From contig MPNC01000002.1 of NCBI GenBank assembly GCA_002238825.1, positions 51,180-115,179 on the forward strand: a DNA stretch of 64,000 nt, given 5' to 3'. A program made the translations under genes and the position numbers. Under the pieces are notes generated by a model, which saw only the letters and a program-made list of their open reading frames with translations, was not told where the DNA came from and did not search any database. Positions 1 to 9,182 of the stretch are shown piece by piece (the first letter of the stretch is position 1; each line of letters begins with the position of its first letter). This DNA comes from SAR202 cluster bacterium bin87. GTDB taxonomy: Bacteria; Chloroflexota; Dehalococcoidia; Lucifugimonadales; UBA3495.

Positions 1-323
1 AACTGGACGCTATCGTGGGACCGGATGCCCGCGCGGAGGTTACGCCACAGCAAGTGCTGGGCAAGGTGGCGCGTCATTACGGGCTCGCGGCGGAACAGAT
101 CCTGAGCCGCAATCGCACGGCTGCGGTGGCCCTGGCCAGACAGGTGACGATGTACCTGCTGGTGTCTGAGCTCGGCATGAGCCCAACCGGCGCCGGGCGT
201 TTCCTGGCGGGTCGCAATCACAGCACGGTGATCCACGGCGTTGGACGGGTGCGACAGGCCATGGAAACTGACGCCAGGCTGAGGCATGCGGTCCTCGCCA
301 TCAACGAATCACTGACCGATTAG
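1..323 (+). CDS. dnaA: Chromosomal replication initiator DnaA, C-terminal part only (gene starts upstream of window)
   Basis: The frame is open to the window edge. RNRTAAVALARQVTMYLLVSELGMSPTGAGRFLAGRNHSTVIHGVGRV matches the DnaA domain IV signature (R..A.yL...l...S...IG..f.gR.HsTV.h). Confidence 0.8.
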   Translation, partial: LDAIVGPDARAEVTPQQVLGKVARHYGLAAEQILSRNRTAAVALARQVTMYLLVSELGMSPTGAGRFLAGRNHSTVIHGVGRVRQAMETDARLRHAVLAINESLTD

Positions 324-361
324 GCTCCCGGCATTCCATATAACCGCCCCAGGAGGCACAC

Positions 362-1396
362 ATGACAACAGCCAACAGCCAGACCATCCGAACCGTCGTG
401 GGCACCGGCGACGCGGGTTACAGCGGAGACGGCGGGCCAGCGGCGTCTGCCACCCTCCGTGAACCCTTCATGTGCACGTTCGACCTCGCGGGCAACATGT
501 TTTTCTGCGAGGCGAAAAATCACGTCGTCCGGCGGGTTGACGCGTCCACCGGGCACGTTACGACCGTGGCCGGCGCGGGTGAGGTGGGCTACACCGGCGA
601 TGGCGGCCCGGCGACAGCTGCCGCCATGAACGAGCCCTATTCCCTGGAAGTGGATGGCGACGGGAACATCTACGTCGTGGACCGCCTCAACGCCGTGGTG
701 CGTCGGGTCGACGGGATCACCGGGATCATCACAACGGTGGCCGGCACCGGCGAGCCTGGATATTCCGGGGACGGAGGTCCCGGCGACCAGGCCCAGTTGC
801 GCGAGCCAAACGACTGCTTCTTGGACGGGCGCGGTGGTCTGCTCATCGCGGACATCCAGGACCAGCGCATCCGCCGCCTGGACCTGGCGACGGGCATCAT
901 CGACACCTTCGCCGGCAACGGCGAAAAAACGCGTGGCGGCGACGGGATGCCGGCGCGGCAGGCGAGCATCCTGGGCTCGCGGGCGGTGTGCATGGACCAG
1001 CACGGCAACACGTACATCGCGGAGCGGGAAGGCAACGGCGTCAGGGTGGTCACCGCGGGTGGGATCATGGGAACCGTCGCCGGGGTATCGGCAGAACGGG
1101 GATATACCGGCGACGGTGGGTCGGCACTGACCGCAACTTGGGGAGCGCCCAAGGCGCTGCGGTGCGACGCCGCCGGCAACGTCATCGTAGTCGACACGGA
1201 GAATCACGCCATCCGGAAAATCGACGTCAACACCGGCGTGGTAACCACAATAGCCGGAGGCCAACTGGGTGGACACGGAGATGGTGGGCCGGCTACCGAT
1301 GCCGGAATGGACCGGCCGCACGGATGCGGCATTGCGGCTGACGGACAGATCTATGTCGCGGACAGCAACAACCACCGCATCAGAGTCGTGGGTTAA
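362..1396 (+). CDS. NHL-repeat (six-bladed beta-propeller) protein
   Basis: AGGAGG RBS upstream of the ATG. Six roughly 55-aa repeats each carry Y[ST]GDGGPA ... (L)REP ... N.hvVRrVD motifs, typical of NHL repeats. Confidence 0.85.
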   Translation: MTTANSQTIRTVVGTGDAGYSGDGGPAASATLREPFMCTFDLAGNMFFCEAKNHVVRRVDASTGHVTTVAGAGEVGYTGDGGPATAAAMNEPYSLEVDGDGNIYVVDRLNAVVRRVDGITGIITTVAGTGEPGYSGDGGPGDQAQLREPNDCFLDGRGGLLIADIQDQRIRRLDLATGIIDTFAGNGEKTRGGDGMPARQASILGSRAVCMDQHGNTYIAEREGNGVRVVTAGGIMGTVAGVSAERGYTGDGGSALTATWGAPKALRCDAAGNVIVVDTENHAIRKIDVNTGVVTTIAGGQLGGHGDGGPATDAGMDRPHGCGIAADGQIYVADSNNHRIRVVG

Positions 1397-1430
1397 GACA
1401 CCCGAGGTCGCTCCGAATCCGCATGGTTCC

Positions 1431-1460
1431 TTGACACTTACGGCACCGGTTGGCTAGGAT
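1431..1460 (+). promoter_or_regulatory. Candidate sigma70-type promoter of the tRNA-Ala/tRNA-Arg pair
   Basis: TTGACA (1431-1436), 18-nt spacer, TAGGAT (1455-1460), about 45 nt upstream of tRNA-Ala. Confidence 0.35.
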
Positions 1461-1506
1461 TGATGCACATTCGGCCGCGCGGTGGTCGCGGGCCGGTGGC
1501 AGAAGT

Positions 1507-1582
1507 GGGGATATAGCTCAACTGGGAGAGCGCGGCGTTCGCAATGCCGAGGTTGCGGGTTCGAGCCCCGCTATCTCCACCA
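1507..1582 (+). tRNA. tRNA-Ala (anticodon CGC), CCA encoded
   Basis: Hand-folded cloverleaf. Acceptor GGGGATA/TATCTCC with the G3:U70 alanine identity pair; D arm GCTC-AACTGGGA-GAGC; anticodon loop TTCGCAA; T arm GCGGG-TTCGAGC-CCCGC; ACCA end. Confidence 0.95.
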
Positions 1583-1592
1583 CTTCGTTTCT

Positions 1593-1669
1593 GCCCCTGT
1601 AGCTCAGTTGGATAGAGCGGCGGCGTCCTAAGTCGCGCGTCGGGGGTTCGAGTCCCTCCAGGGGTACCA
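1593..1669 (+). tRNA. tRNA-Arg (anticodon CCT), CCA encoded
   Basis: Cloverleaf. Acceptor GCCCCTG/CAGGGGT (G1-U72); D arm GCTC-AGTTGGATA-GAGC; anticodon stem GCGGC/GTCGC with loop GTCCTAA; T arm GGGGG-TTCGAGT-CCCTC; ACCA end. Confidence 0.92.
1655..1667 (+). repeat. attL core (13-bp direct repeat, within the 3' end of tRNA-Arg)
   Basis: CCTCCAGGGGTAC is identical to 11998-12010. It covers the T-stem 3' strand, the acceptor 3' strand, the discriminator and the first C of CCA. Confidence 0.8.
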
Positions 1670-1758
1670 TTTCCCACAATCCTAGAGTACAATGTTCCTA
1701 ACTGGCGGCGATAACGCGCCGGTAAAGTTGGAAAAAATTGTTGGCAAGGTGTGGGAAA

Positions 1759-2979
1759 ATGGCAAACCTAACAGCGCAGCAAATCAAGGAAATCAACCGG
1801 CCGGGCAAGTATTCAGATGGGCGTGGGTTGCTATTGGTGGTGTCGCCTGCCGGTACGAAATCGTGGGCGCAGCGGATCACGGTTGACGGCAAGCGCATTG
1901 ACCGAGGTTTGGGATCGTTCCCGAAAGTCAGTCTGTCCAGGGCGCGCGAGATTGCGGACCGTAACCGCGCCGCCGTCAAACAGGGGCGCAACCCGTGGGC
2001 TGAAACCCGACCGCCCAACGTCCTAACCGCACAACCGACGCCGGCCGTTCCGACCTTTGCGGATGCTGCCCGAACGGTGTACGGGCTGAACCTTGACGAA
2101 TGGGGCGACGCCACCGCCACCCGCTGGATTGCCCGTTTGGAGCGGCACATATTCCCAGAATTGGGCGATGCGCCGGTTGACGCCATTACCCGCGCCGAGG
2201 TTGCCGCCGTCATTGGGCCGTTGCGCCGCTCCAATTACGAAACCGCGCGCAAGGTGCGGCAGGCGATGGCTAAAGTATTCCGGTGGGTACGGGCCAACGA
2301 ATACCGCGCCGATGATCCGGCGGATGATGCACTCGGGGAATTGCTACCGAAAATCACGCCGCAGGTTGAACACAGGCAGGCTTTGCATCATTCGGAGGTA
2401 AAGGGTGCAATCCGCAAAATTCGCAATTCGGAGGCCAAGCGGGTAACGCGATTGATGTTTGAGTTTCTGATACTCACGGCGGCGCGAACATCGGAGGTGC
2501 GTTTTGCCGTTTGGGGCGAAATCGACGGCGATACATGGACCATCCCGGCAGGGCGAATGAAGGCCAAGCGGGATCATGTTGTGCCGTTGAGCGCTCAGGC
2601 GCAAGCGGTACTGCGGCAAGCGCGAGAATTGCGCCGCAACCTTGACGATGATAGCGAATACGATTGGCCGGTAGAGGTTTCGCCGGATGATTACATATTC
2701 CCGTATCCCGGCAAGGATAAGCCGCTATCCGAAAACACCCTGCTGGACCGCGCCAAGAAAGATAATTTGGGTTGTGTCCCTCACGGAATGAGATCGTCGT
2801 TCCGAGATTGGGCTGCGGAATGTTCCGGCGCAAGTTGGGAGGTTATCGAATTGAGCCTTGCCCACGCCGTGGGCACCAGTGTTTCGGAGGCGTATTTCCG
2901 ATCCGCGATGCTAGACCAACGCCGGCCGATGATGCAAGCCTGGGCGGATTACACCGACCCCACGCCGCCACCGTTCTAG
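1759..2979 (+). CDS. Tyrosine recombinase/integrase, P4-like (DUF4102-type N-terminal arm-binding domain)
   Basis: N-terminus LTAQQIKEINRPGKYSDGRGLLLVVSPAGTKSWAQRITVDGKR. Catalytic motifs TAARTSE, HGMRSSFRDW and ..EAYFRS (R, H-x-x-R, Y). ATG at 1759 sits behind AAGGTG; the ORF-track start at 1738 is TTG. Confidence 0.9.
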   Translation: MANLTAQQIKEINRPGKYSDGRGLLLVVSPAGTKSWAQRITVDGKRIDRGLGSFPKVSLSRAREIADRNRAAVKQGRNPWAETRPPNVLTAQPTPAVPTFADAARTVYGLNLDEWGDATATRWIARLERHIFPELGDAPVDAITRAEVAAVIGPLRRSNYETARKVRQAMAKVFRWVRANEYRADDPADDALGELLPKITPQVEHRQALHHSEVKGAIRKIRNSEAKRVTRLMFEFLILTAARTSEVRFAVWGEIDGDTWTIPAGRMKAKRDHVVPLSAQAQAVLRQARELRRNLDDDSEYDWPVEVSPDDYIFPYPGKDKPLSENTLLDRAKKDNLGCVPHGMRSSFRDWAAECSGASWEVIELSLAHAVGTSVSEAYFRSAMLDQRRPMMQAWADYTDPTPPPF

Positions 2980-3006
2980 ACCTGCTGCCCACATACCAGA
3001 CGGCAA

Positions 3007-3036
3007 ACAACCCCCCGTCGATACACGGGGGGTTGT
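3007..3036 (+). terminator. Intrinsic terminator-like hairpin after the integrase
   Basis: ACAACCCCCCG-tcgataca-CGGGGGGTTGT gives an 11-bp perfect stem, followed by TGTATTA. Confidence 0.6.
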
Positions 3037-3131
3037 TGTATTAGCATAGAGACAAAGAAAACGCCGCCCGGATTGTAGGGACCGAGCGGCAACATCAAAC
3101 CAACGGCGTGCGGGCACGGAGGTTATGGGCG

Positions 3132-4442
3132 ATGCAACGCAATGATAATTCAGCAACCCTAGACAATGCAACCGATCAGGAACTCCGACGGATAGACGAA
3201 TGGGCCGAACGGTGGGGCGCGCTTTCGCCCGATCCCGGCATACCCGATGCCTACCGCCAGTTTCACCAAGCGTGCGCGGACATACGCCGCAATGCCCTTG
3301 ACGATATCGCCGCCGTTGTCGAGCGCGACGAAATTGAGAACCTGAATGCACTACTCGCCGAGGCCGTCCGCGACGGGCTGATAGCTCAGTCTATACCGCA
3401 GCCTAGCGTATGCACCAATAGGCTAAAATCTCCATTAGCGGAAACAATCGGACACGGTATAGACCGGGCCGGGCATTGCCCACCGTTGCCGCCGTCCGGG
3501 TTGGTATGCCCTGACAAGGGTTGGGGCGGCGGGCAAACCCGATGCGCCAATGGGAGGCCGCAAATGTACGCCTTTGACTGCGGCATGGACGATTGCCCGG
3601 TCTGTCTCCCTGAATACCGCCGCGGCAAGGTCTGGCGGTATCGGCACGGCATGGGCAAGGATGAGCAAACCATCATTACCGTTGACTGCCCGGACGCCGC
3701 AACCGCCAGTGACGTGCGCCGGTACTTCACCAACAAATACCGCGTGCCGCACGTTTCGGTTGTGACGCCATATCCCGACGACGACGACGAGCGCGTTACC
3801 GTGACGTGCATTCTCGCCGATGCCTTGACCGATAGCCGTACCGAATTGGCCTATGCGCTTGCCGCCGACCGGTTCCCGTCGCTGCCCTTGTCGATTGACC
3901 AGGGGCGCTATGAACCATCGGAGTTTGCCGAACTGATTATCACGCAACACAAGGTCAATGGCGTGCTCAAACCCGTGTCGTTTGCGAGGTGGGTCAAGGT
4001 GCCGCCAACCGATCCCGATTACCAATTCGCGGACCCTGAAACGCTTACCGTGTTCGTTGAACCGATCAAAGAAAAGCAGCACCATTGCCCCGGCTGCGAT
4101 GCCACCCGCAAGCAATACCCGACGGGCAAGAACCTATCGCCGGCCACCCGCGCAATCAACCGTGAAAAGCGTAACGAGGTGTGGGCGAAACTCTGGTTAG
4201 ACGGCATGGCGATTGACTACCATGATATGACTGACCTGGCGAACGGCGACAAGGAAGCGTACAACCGCATACGGGTTGCATCGCACTACAGCGGGCCGCG
4301 CTCACTGATTGCGGACACGGCGAAAGCGATTGACTTTGACCCGAACTGTGCTAGTCCGCACAACCCACGCGGCGCATATCTCCCGCCAACCGCGTCACTC
4401 GCTATGCTACTGGTAATGCAACACGTCACCATCGGAGGTTAG
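3132..4442 (+). CDS. Hypothetical cysteine-rich protein (two C-x2-C pairs); candidate replication/regulation function, unassigned
   Basis: GGAGG lies 9 nt upstream of the ATG at 3132. Motifs CGMDDCPVCLPEY and HHCPGCDATRK are present. No Walker A motif and no recognisable family. Confidence 0.5.
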   Translation: MQRNDNSATLDNATDQELRRIDEWAERWGALSPDPGIPDAYRQFHQACADIRRNALDDIAAVVERDEIENLNALLAEAVRDGLIAQSIPQPSVCTNRLKSPLAETIGHGIDRAGHCPPLPPSGLVCPDKGWGGGQTRCANGRPQMYAFDCGMDDCPVCLPEYRRGKVWRYRHGMGKDEQTIITVDCPDAATASDVRRYFTNKYRVPHVSVVTPYPDDDDERVTVTCILADALTDSRTELAYALAADRFPSLPLSIDQGRYEPSEFAELIITQHKVNGVLKPVSFARWVKVPPTDPDYQFADPETLTVFVEPIKEKQHHCPGCDATRKQYPTGKNLSPATRAINREKRNEVWAKLWLDGMAIDYHDMTDLANGDKEAYNRIRVASHYSGPRSLIADTAKAIDFDPNCASPHNPRGAYLPPTASLAMLLVMQHVTIGG

Positions 4443-4446
4443 ATCA

Positions 4447-4671
4447 ATGCCACAACATCCTGCGTACCAATGCCCTACCATGATCCATGATGATGACGTG
4501 TTCAACGACTTCGTCACCGAGCCGTGTTGTGAGTACACAGCAGGCGCGGGGCGTGGTAGGGCTTTCACCATGCAACACATGGCGATGCGCATGGGCGGGC
4601 AAGAGGCTTGCCCCCACCCGTGCGATATGTGCGACCTGTACGACGCCATCGAACGGCAGGCGAGAACATAG
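4447..4671 (+). CDS. Hypothetical small Cys-rich protein (74 aa)
   Basis: GGAGG RBS inside the end of the upstream gene. It contains 8 Cys, including CPHPCDMCD. No family recognised. Confidence 0.4.
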   Translation: MPQHPAYQCPTMIHDDDVFNDFVTEPCCEYTAGAGRGRAFTMQHMAMRMGGQEACPHPCDMCDLYDAIERQART

Positions 4672-4739
4672 GGGCGGTATGGCACCGACCAAGCGCACCA
4701 CAGCGCACCACGGACCGAGCGTGTAAAAGGCATTGTTTC

Positions 4740-6176
4740 ATGGTGAGGCTGCTGCCCTTCCAGCGCGAATTTCTGGCCGCAGTCGAAAATCCGGCCTATG
4801 ACACCGTTGCGCTTTCGGGTCCGCGTGGGCTGAGTAAAACGTTCCTGGCGGCGCAAGTGCTTATTCGCTGCCTTACACCCGGCGATCCGTTGCACCAACC
4901 GGGTATGGAGTACGTGCTAGGCGCTGCGAGCTTGGAGCAGGCGCGTATGGCGTATTCGTTTATTCGTCTGGCGTTGGAAGGCACGGGTGAATATCGCTGG
5001 ATTGACAGCACAACGCGACTCGGCGCAACGCACAAAGAAAGCAACACCAAATTGCGGGCGATATCGTCAAACGGCAAAACGGCGTTCGGTCTAGTCAACG
5101 TTGGCGTGCTGGTGCTGGATGAACCGGGCGGGCTCGAAATTGCGGGCGGGCAGGTTCTCGCCGATGCGATTTTCACGGCGCAAGGCAAGGCAGGGTCAAA
5201 GCTGAAAGTAGTAATGATCGGCACGCTTGGGCCGATGGCGACGTATGCCGGGCATTGGTGGTACGACATGGTATCGGCCGGCACTAAGGGCAGCGTGTGG
5301 GTAAAGCACTTTCAAGGCGACCTGGACTCGTGGGATAACTGGCATACCATCCGCAAGGCTAACCCGTTGGTGAATGTTGACGCGGGCTTTCGCAAGAAAC
5401 TGCTATCGGAGCGCGACGAGGCGCGAAAAGACACGCGGTTGAAAGCGCGCTTTCTTACGTATCGCTTGAACATTCCATCAGGTGACGAGGTTCGCAAGTT
5501 GCTCACCGTTGACGATTACCAGTTGGCGTTGACCCGACCTGTCGGAGAACGTAGCGGCCGGCCGATAGTTGGTGCTGACATGGGCGCGGGGCGGGCGTGG
5601 TCGGCGGCGACGGCGATATACCCGTCCGGGCGCGTTGAATGTATCGCGGTTGCCCCTGGTATCCCGTCAATCTCCGATCAGGAACGGCGCGATCTTGTGC
5701 CGAAGGGTACATATCAACGCCTTGTCGACTCCGGGCGGTTGCTGACTGCCGAAGGCCTACGGGTTCAACCTGCCGCGATGCTGGCGGGTGCTATCCGTTC
5801 GGAGTGGGGCATACCGGCGCAAGTGCTGATAGACCGGTTCCGGTTCAACGAACTGCTAGACGTGGCAGGTGGGTTGCCGGTGGAGGCGCGGGTAACGAGG
5901 TGGAGCGAAAGCAGCGCAGACATTCGCAGTCTGCGGCGCATGGCGGCGGATGGGCCAATGTCGATAGACCCGGCAAGTCGGCTGCTGCTAGAGACATCGT
6001 TGACCGCGACGGATGTTGAAACCGATACCAGCGGCAACCATCGCCTGATAAAGAAGGGTTCGGCCAACACCGGCCGTGACGATACGAGCGCGGCACTGGT
6101 GCTGGCGGCGGGCGCGTGGGATAGGGCGCGCACGGCGGTTGCGCCACGGGCGCGCTTGCGCTCACGGGCGGCTTGA
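4740..6176 (+). CDS. Terminase large subunit
   Basis: LPFQREFL start, Walker A-like SGPRGLSKT, Walker B VLVLDE, and a C-terminal RNaseH-like nuclease part (IVGADMG ... GRDDTSAALVLA). The in-frame ATG at 4740 is preferred over the ORF-track start at 4608. Confidence 0.85.
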   Translation: MVRLLPFQREFLAAVENPAYDTVALSGPRGLSKTFLAAQVLIRCLTPGDPLHQPGMEYVLGAASLEQARMAYSFIRLALEGTGEYRWIDSTTRLGATHKESNTKLRAISSNGKTAFGLVNVGVLVLDEPGGLEIAGGQVLADAIFTAQGKAGSKLKVVMIGTLGPMATYAGHWWYDMVSAGTKGSVWVKHFQGDLDSWDNWHTIRKANPLVNVDAGFRKKLLSERDEARKDTRLKARFLTYRLNIPSGDEVRKLLTVDDYQLALTRPVGERSGRPIVGADMGAGRAWSAATAIYPSGRVECIAVAPGIPSISDQERRDLVPKGTYQRLVDSGRLLTAEGLRVQPAAMLAGAIRSEWGIPAQVLIDRFRFNELLDVAGGLPVEARVTRWSESSADIRSLRRMAADGPMSIDPASRLLLETSLTATDVETDTSGNHRLIKKGSANTGRDDTSAALVLAAGAWDRARTAVAPRARLRSRAA

Positions 6177-6230
6177 ACCGCGAGGGTTGTTGCATTAGCC
6201 TTATTCTTACGTAAGTACGAAGGGGCGATC

Positions 6231-6485
6231 ATGGCGAAAACCAACGCGGAACATCAAGCGGCATGGCGGGCGAAACGGGCGGATGCCTTACGTAAGGCAG
6301 AGGCGAGCAACGTCATCTTACGTAAGGAAGTCAAGCGGTTGCAACGGGAACTGGATTTGACTCAGGATGCGATGATCCGTTGGCGGGATATGTACCGCGC
6401 TGCCACCGGGCAGGTGACGGCGAGATCGCAGCAGGCACAACGGCTAGTCGATTGTCTGTCGTCCATTGCGCACCGGACGTGCTGA
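6231..6485 (+). CDS. Hypothetical coiled-coil protein (84 aa)
   Basis: Heptad-rich, basic N-terminus. Lies between TerL and HNH. No family recognised. Confidence 0.4.
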   Translation: MAKTNAEHQAAWRAKRADALRKAEASNVILRKEVKRLQRELDLTQDAMIRWRDMYRAATGQVTARSQQAQRLVDCLSSIAHRTC

Positions 6486-6512
6486 TATGCCTTTTCGCCC
6501 GTTCAACGCGCC

Positions 6513-6857
6513 GTGGGGCTCCCAGCGCATGAATTGGGGTATTCAGTGAACGGTTGGCGCAAGGGCCTGCGGTTGAACCGGGCGCGGTGGGAACGGGTGC
6601 GCAAGGCGGTGTTTCGCAGGGACGGGTATCTGTGCCGGAACTGTGGCCGAACCGGTCGACTCGAATGCGATCATCGGTTGCCCCTTCACCAATACCCCGA
6701 TCAGGACCCTTACGATATGGCCGGCCTGCAAACCCTTTGCCGCGAATGCCACCGGCGCAAGTCTGACCGCGAATTACGTAAGACACCGGAGGTTGACGGG
6801 CAAAAAGCGTGGGATGCGTTACTCGCCGATTCAGTGTGCACATTGCCGAAAGGGTAG
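6513..6857 (+). CDS. HNH endonuclease
   Basis: CRNCGRTGRLECDHRLPLHQ ... LQTLCRECHRRKS shows the C-x2-C / H-N-H / C-x2-H architecture. Confidence 0.85.
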   Translation: MGLPAHELGYSVNGWRKGLRLNRARWERVRKAVFRRDGYLCRNCGRTGRLECDHRLPLHQYPDQDPYDMAGLQTLCRECHRRKSDRELRKTPEVDGQKAWDALLADSVCTLPKG

Positions 6858-6890
6858 TCATGATAAAATGTATTCAATACCTTTTAGGCG

Positions 6891-8183
6891 GTGACTATCT
6901 TGGCATGGACTAAAATGCGCGAATACGAACTTTCAAAGGCAAAATCAGCCTTGAATGAACTCAACGCGCTTGACGAACTGAATAACGAGCAACGCGCCGA
7001 TATGGACCGCCTGACCCGTGAAGTCGAAAACCTGGAAATCGAGCACCGGGCGCATATCATGGCCGGCGGCGATGATGCCCTTGCCCTGGAGACCCGCACT
7101 GACACCCCCGACCGCGAAACGCGGGAACGGTTGGAATTGCGGGAGACTGCATCGCTTGGCCGCTATCTGATTGCGGCAGGTTCGGGGCGTTTGCCCAATG
7201 GCCGCGAACTCGAATTGATGCAGGCTGCAAACGTTCCCGATGGCACTATCCCGTTGGAACTGTTTGACGTGCCGCGACGTGAGCAACGCGCCGATACCCT
7301 TGCGCCGTTGACCGGAACTGGCGTCAATCTCGATCCGATACTCCCGGCCATTTTCGCCCGTGCGGTGGTGCCGAGGCTTGGCGTTGATATGCCCCGTGTC
7401 GAAAGCGGCGGTTACAGCACCATGACGATAACCCAATCAGTCACGGCTGCTGCTACGGCGGCGGGTGTTGCGTTCACGCCTACCGCCGGAACGTTGACGC
7501 CAAAGAATACCGATCCGCACCGGGTGACTGCCGGCCTATCCTTGCGTATCGAGGACATCGCACGGGTTGGGCAGGCCAACTTTGAAAGCATCCTACGGCA
7601 GAATACGACCCTTGCCATGTCTGCCCAATTGGACGCGCTCGGGTTGAACGGCGACAACGTTGCGCCAAACCCGCAAGGGCTCTATCCGCAGTTGACCGCA
7701 ACCGACCCCGTGCCGTCCGATGTTGCCGATTGGGAGGATTTTGTCTCGGCAATGGCATCCGGGATTGATAGCGGCCCGTGGGCGGAAAGTCTCGCGGAGG
7801 TGCGGTACGTGGTCAACAATGATGCGATGGTGTTGGCCGAGACGACTTTCCAAGTCGGCGGCGGCAACCAAGCAACGGCGGGCGAAATGAGCGCGGCGGC
7901 GTACCTGCGGGCGCAGTCTGCCGGGTTCTACAGCAGCAGCCGGATGCCTGATACCGCTAGCACCATCGCGGGCGGCATCATCTTCCGCGCTGGCACAATG
8001 GGCCTGGATGGGGTCAACGCCATGCGGACGGCGGTTTGCCCCGTGTGGGATTACATCGAAATTGATGACATCTATTCCGACGCCGGTTCGGGCATCCGCC
8101 ATTACTTCATGCACTCCCTGATTGGCGACGTGCTGATTACCCAAACCGACGCCTACAGCCGTGCGGACCTGAAAGTGGCCTAA
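6891..8183 (+). CDS. Major capsid protein, HK97 fold, with N-terminal coiled-coil (delta/scaffold-like) region
   Basis: N-terminal coiled coil EYELSKAKSALNELNALDELNNEQRADMDRLTREVENLEIEH, followed by a body typical of the HK97 MCP family. The start codon (GTG 6891 or ATG 6915) is uncertain. Confidence 0.8.
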   Translation: MTILAWTKMREYELSKAKSALNELNALDELNNEQRADMDRLTREVENLEIEHRAHIMAGGDDALALETRTDTPDRETRERLELRETASLGRYLIAAGSGRLPNGRELELMQAANVPDGTIPLELFDVPRREQRADTLAPLTGTGVNLDPILPAIFARAVVPRLGVDMPRVESGGYSTMTITQSVTAAATAAGVAFTPTAGTLTPKNTDPHRVTAGLSLRIEDIARVGQANFESILRQNTTLAMSAQLDALGLNGDNVAPNPQGLYPQLTATDPVPSDVADWEDFVSAMASGIDSGPWAESLAEVRYVVNNDAMVLAETTFQVGGGNQATAGEMSAAAYLRAQSAGFYSSSRMPDTASTIAGGIIFRAGTMGLDGVNAMRTAVCPVWDYIEIDDIYSDAGSGIRHYFMHSLIGDVLITQTDAYSRADLKVA

Positions 8184-8464
8184 TGGCGCAGCAGCCGCCA
8201 ATCACGCTCACTGACACGCCGGTTGACCTGGCGACGGTGTACACGACGCCGGGGCGGTATCTGGCGCAAGCTCGGTCCTTCGTTGACGCTAGGGGCGTGT
8301 TGTACGCAACCGCCGCAACCGCCCCGGCAACCGATGGCGGGTACTATCACGCGGTGGGCGAGTCGTATTTCACTTTCGTAATCGACGGCGTGACAAAGAC
8401 GTGGGCCAAGTCCGCGATCACCGGCTTGTCTGTCGATATGGCCGTCAACCGATATGCTGACTGA
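8183..8464 (+). CDS. Hypothetical head-module protein (93 aa)
   Basis: Start overlaps the MCP stop (TAATG). Lies between the capsid and protease genes. Confidence 0.45.
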   Translation: MAQQPPITLTDTPVDLATVYTTPGRYLAQARSFVDARGVLYATAATAPATDGGYYHAVGESYFTFVIDGVTKTWAKSAITGLSVDMAVNRYAD

Positions 8465-9182
8465 ATATCCCGCGTTTGCCGCGACGCTAGAGGTTCGGCA
8501 GGGTGAGAACGGCCGGCGTTCATTCACCGGATCATTCCCGTATGGCGTCACGGCGACGCGCTCGAATAGCGGGAGAACCCGCAAAGAACGGTTTGCATCC
8601 GGTTCGCTGGCGTGGCAGGTTGTCGAATTTCAGAAGTTGCAAGCGGAACTGTCTAAGGTGCTTGGCGAGACATTCGACGAATTTCAGCAGCAGGCGGTGT
8701 TACAGCAGCGCGCCGATATTCCCGACCTGAGCGGCGTTGAACCCGCACGGCGAGCGCGGATTGAAGAACTGTCGGATGCCATTGAAAAGCGCAACACCCA
8801 CTTGTTGACCGGCCATAGTTACGATCACGCACTCGCCGATATGCTTAGCGGCACACTGGCGGTTGAACATACGCCGGAACGTATCTTTTTGCGCGCCGAC
8901 CTGCCGCCAATCGAGGAGTCGCCAAGTTGGGTAAATGACGCCGTGTTGGGCATCAACGGCGGGCAGTTGCGCGGTATCTCGCCGGGCTTTCAAGTGCCTG
9001 CTGCCACGGGACGTGAGCGCCTGATACCCGAACCCGGCAACGCGGGCATTATGATCCGCGAAATTCAGGACGGCGTGGCATACGAATACAGCCTTGTCAG
9101 TCGCCCGACCTATCCGTTGACGGATATTGATATGCGTTCGGATGACCTGGTGTTGCCCCGTCGCCGGAGGTATTGGCTATGA
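8454..9182 (+). CDS. Prohead serine protease, HK97 (S78) family, with an internal insertion
   Basis: Family-like blocks: FTGSFPYGV...ERFASGSL, LLTGHSYDHALADMLSG (His block), LRGISPGFQV (Ser block) and EYSLVSRPTYP. About 50 aa of coiled-coil are inserted after the first block. Confidence 0.7.
   Translation: MLTEYPAFAATLEVRQGENGRRSFTGSFPYGVTATRSNSGRTRKERFASGSLAWQVVEFQKLQAELSKVLGETFDEFQQQAVLQQRADIPDLSGVEPARRARIEELSDAIEKRNTHLLTGHSYDHALADMLSGTLAVEHTPERIFLRADLPPIEESPSWVNDAVLGINGGQLRGISPGFQVPAATGRERLIPEPGNAGIMIREIQDGVAYEYSLVSRPTYPLTDIDMRSDDLVLPRRRRYWL

Noticed and set aside
320-1375. 351-aa ORF on the - strand, antisense to the NHL-repeat gene. Similar long antisense or out-of-frame ORFs occur at 19161-20171, 19277-20416, 28701-29744, 33889-34719, 39144-40154, 44130-44915, 46277-47167, 53642-54646, 56317-57666 and 61384-62235.
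   Set aside because: These are typical high-GC shadow ORFs. They are rich in Arg/Pro/Gly/His with low complexity, have no recognisable family and no RBS, and each is fully overlapped by a gene with clear family motifs on the other strand or frame.
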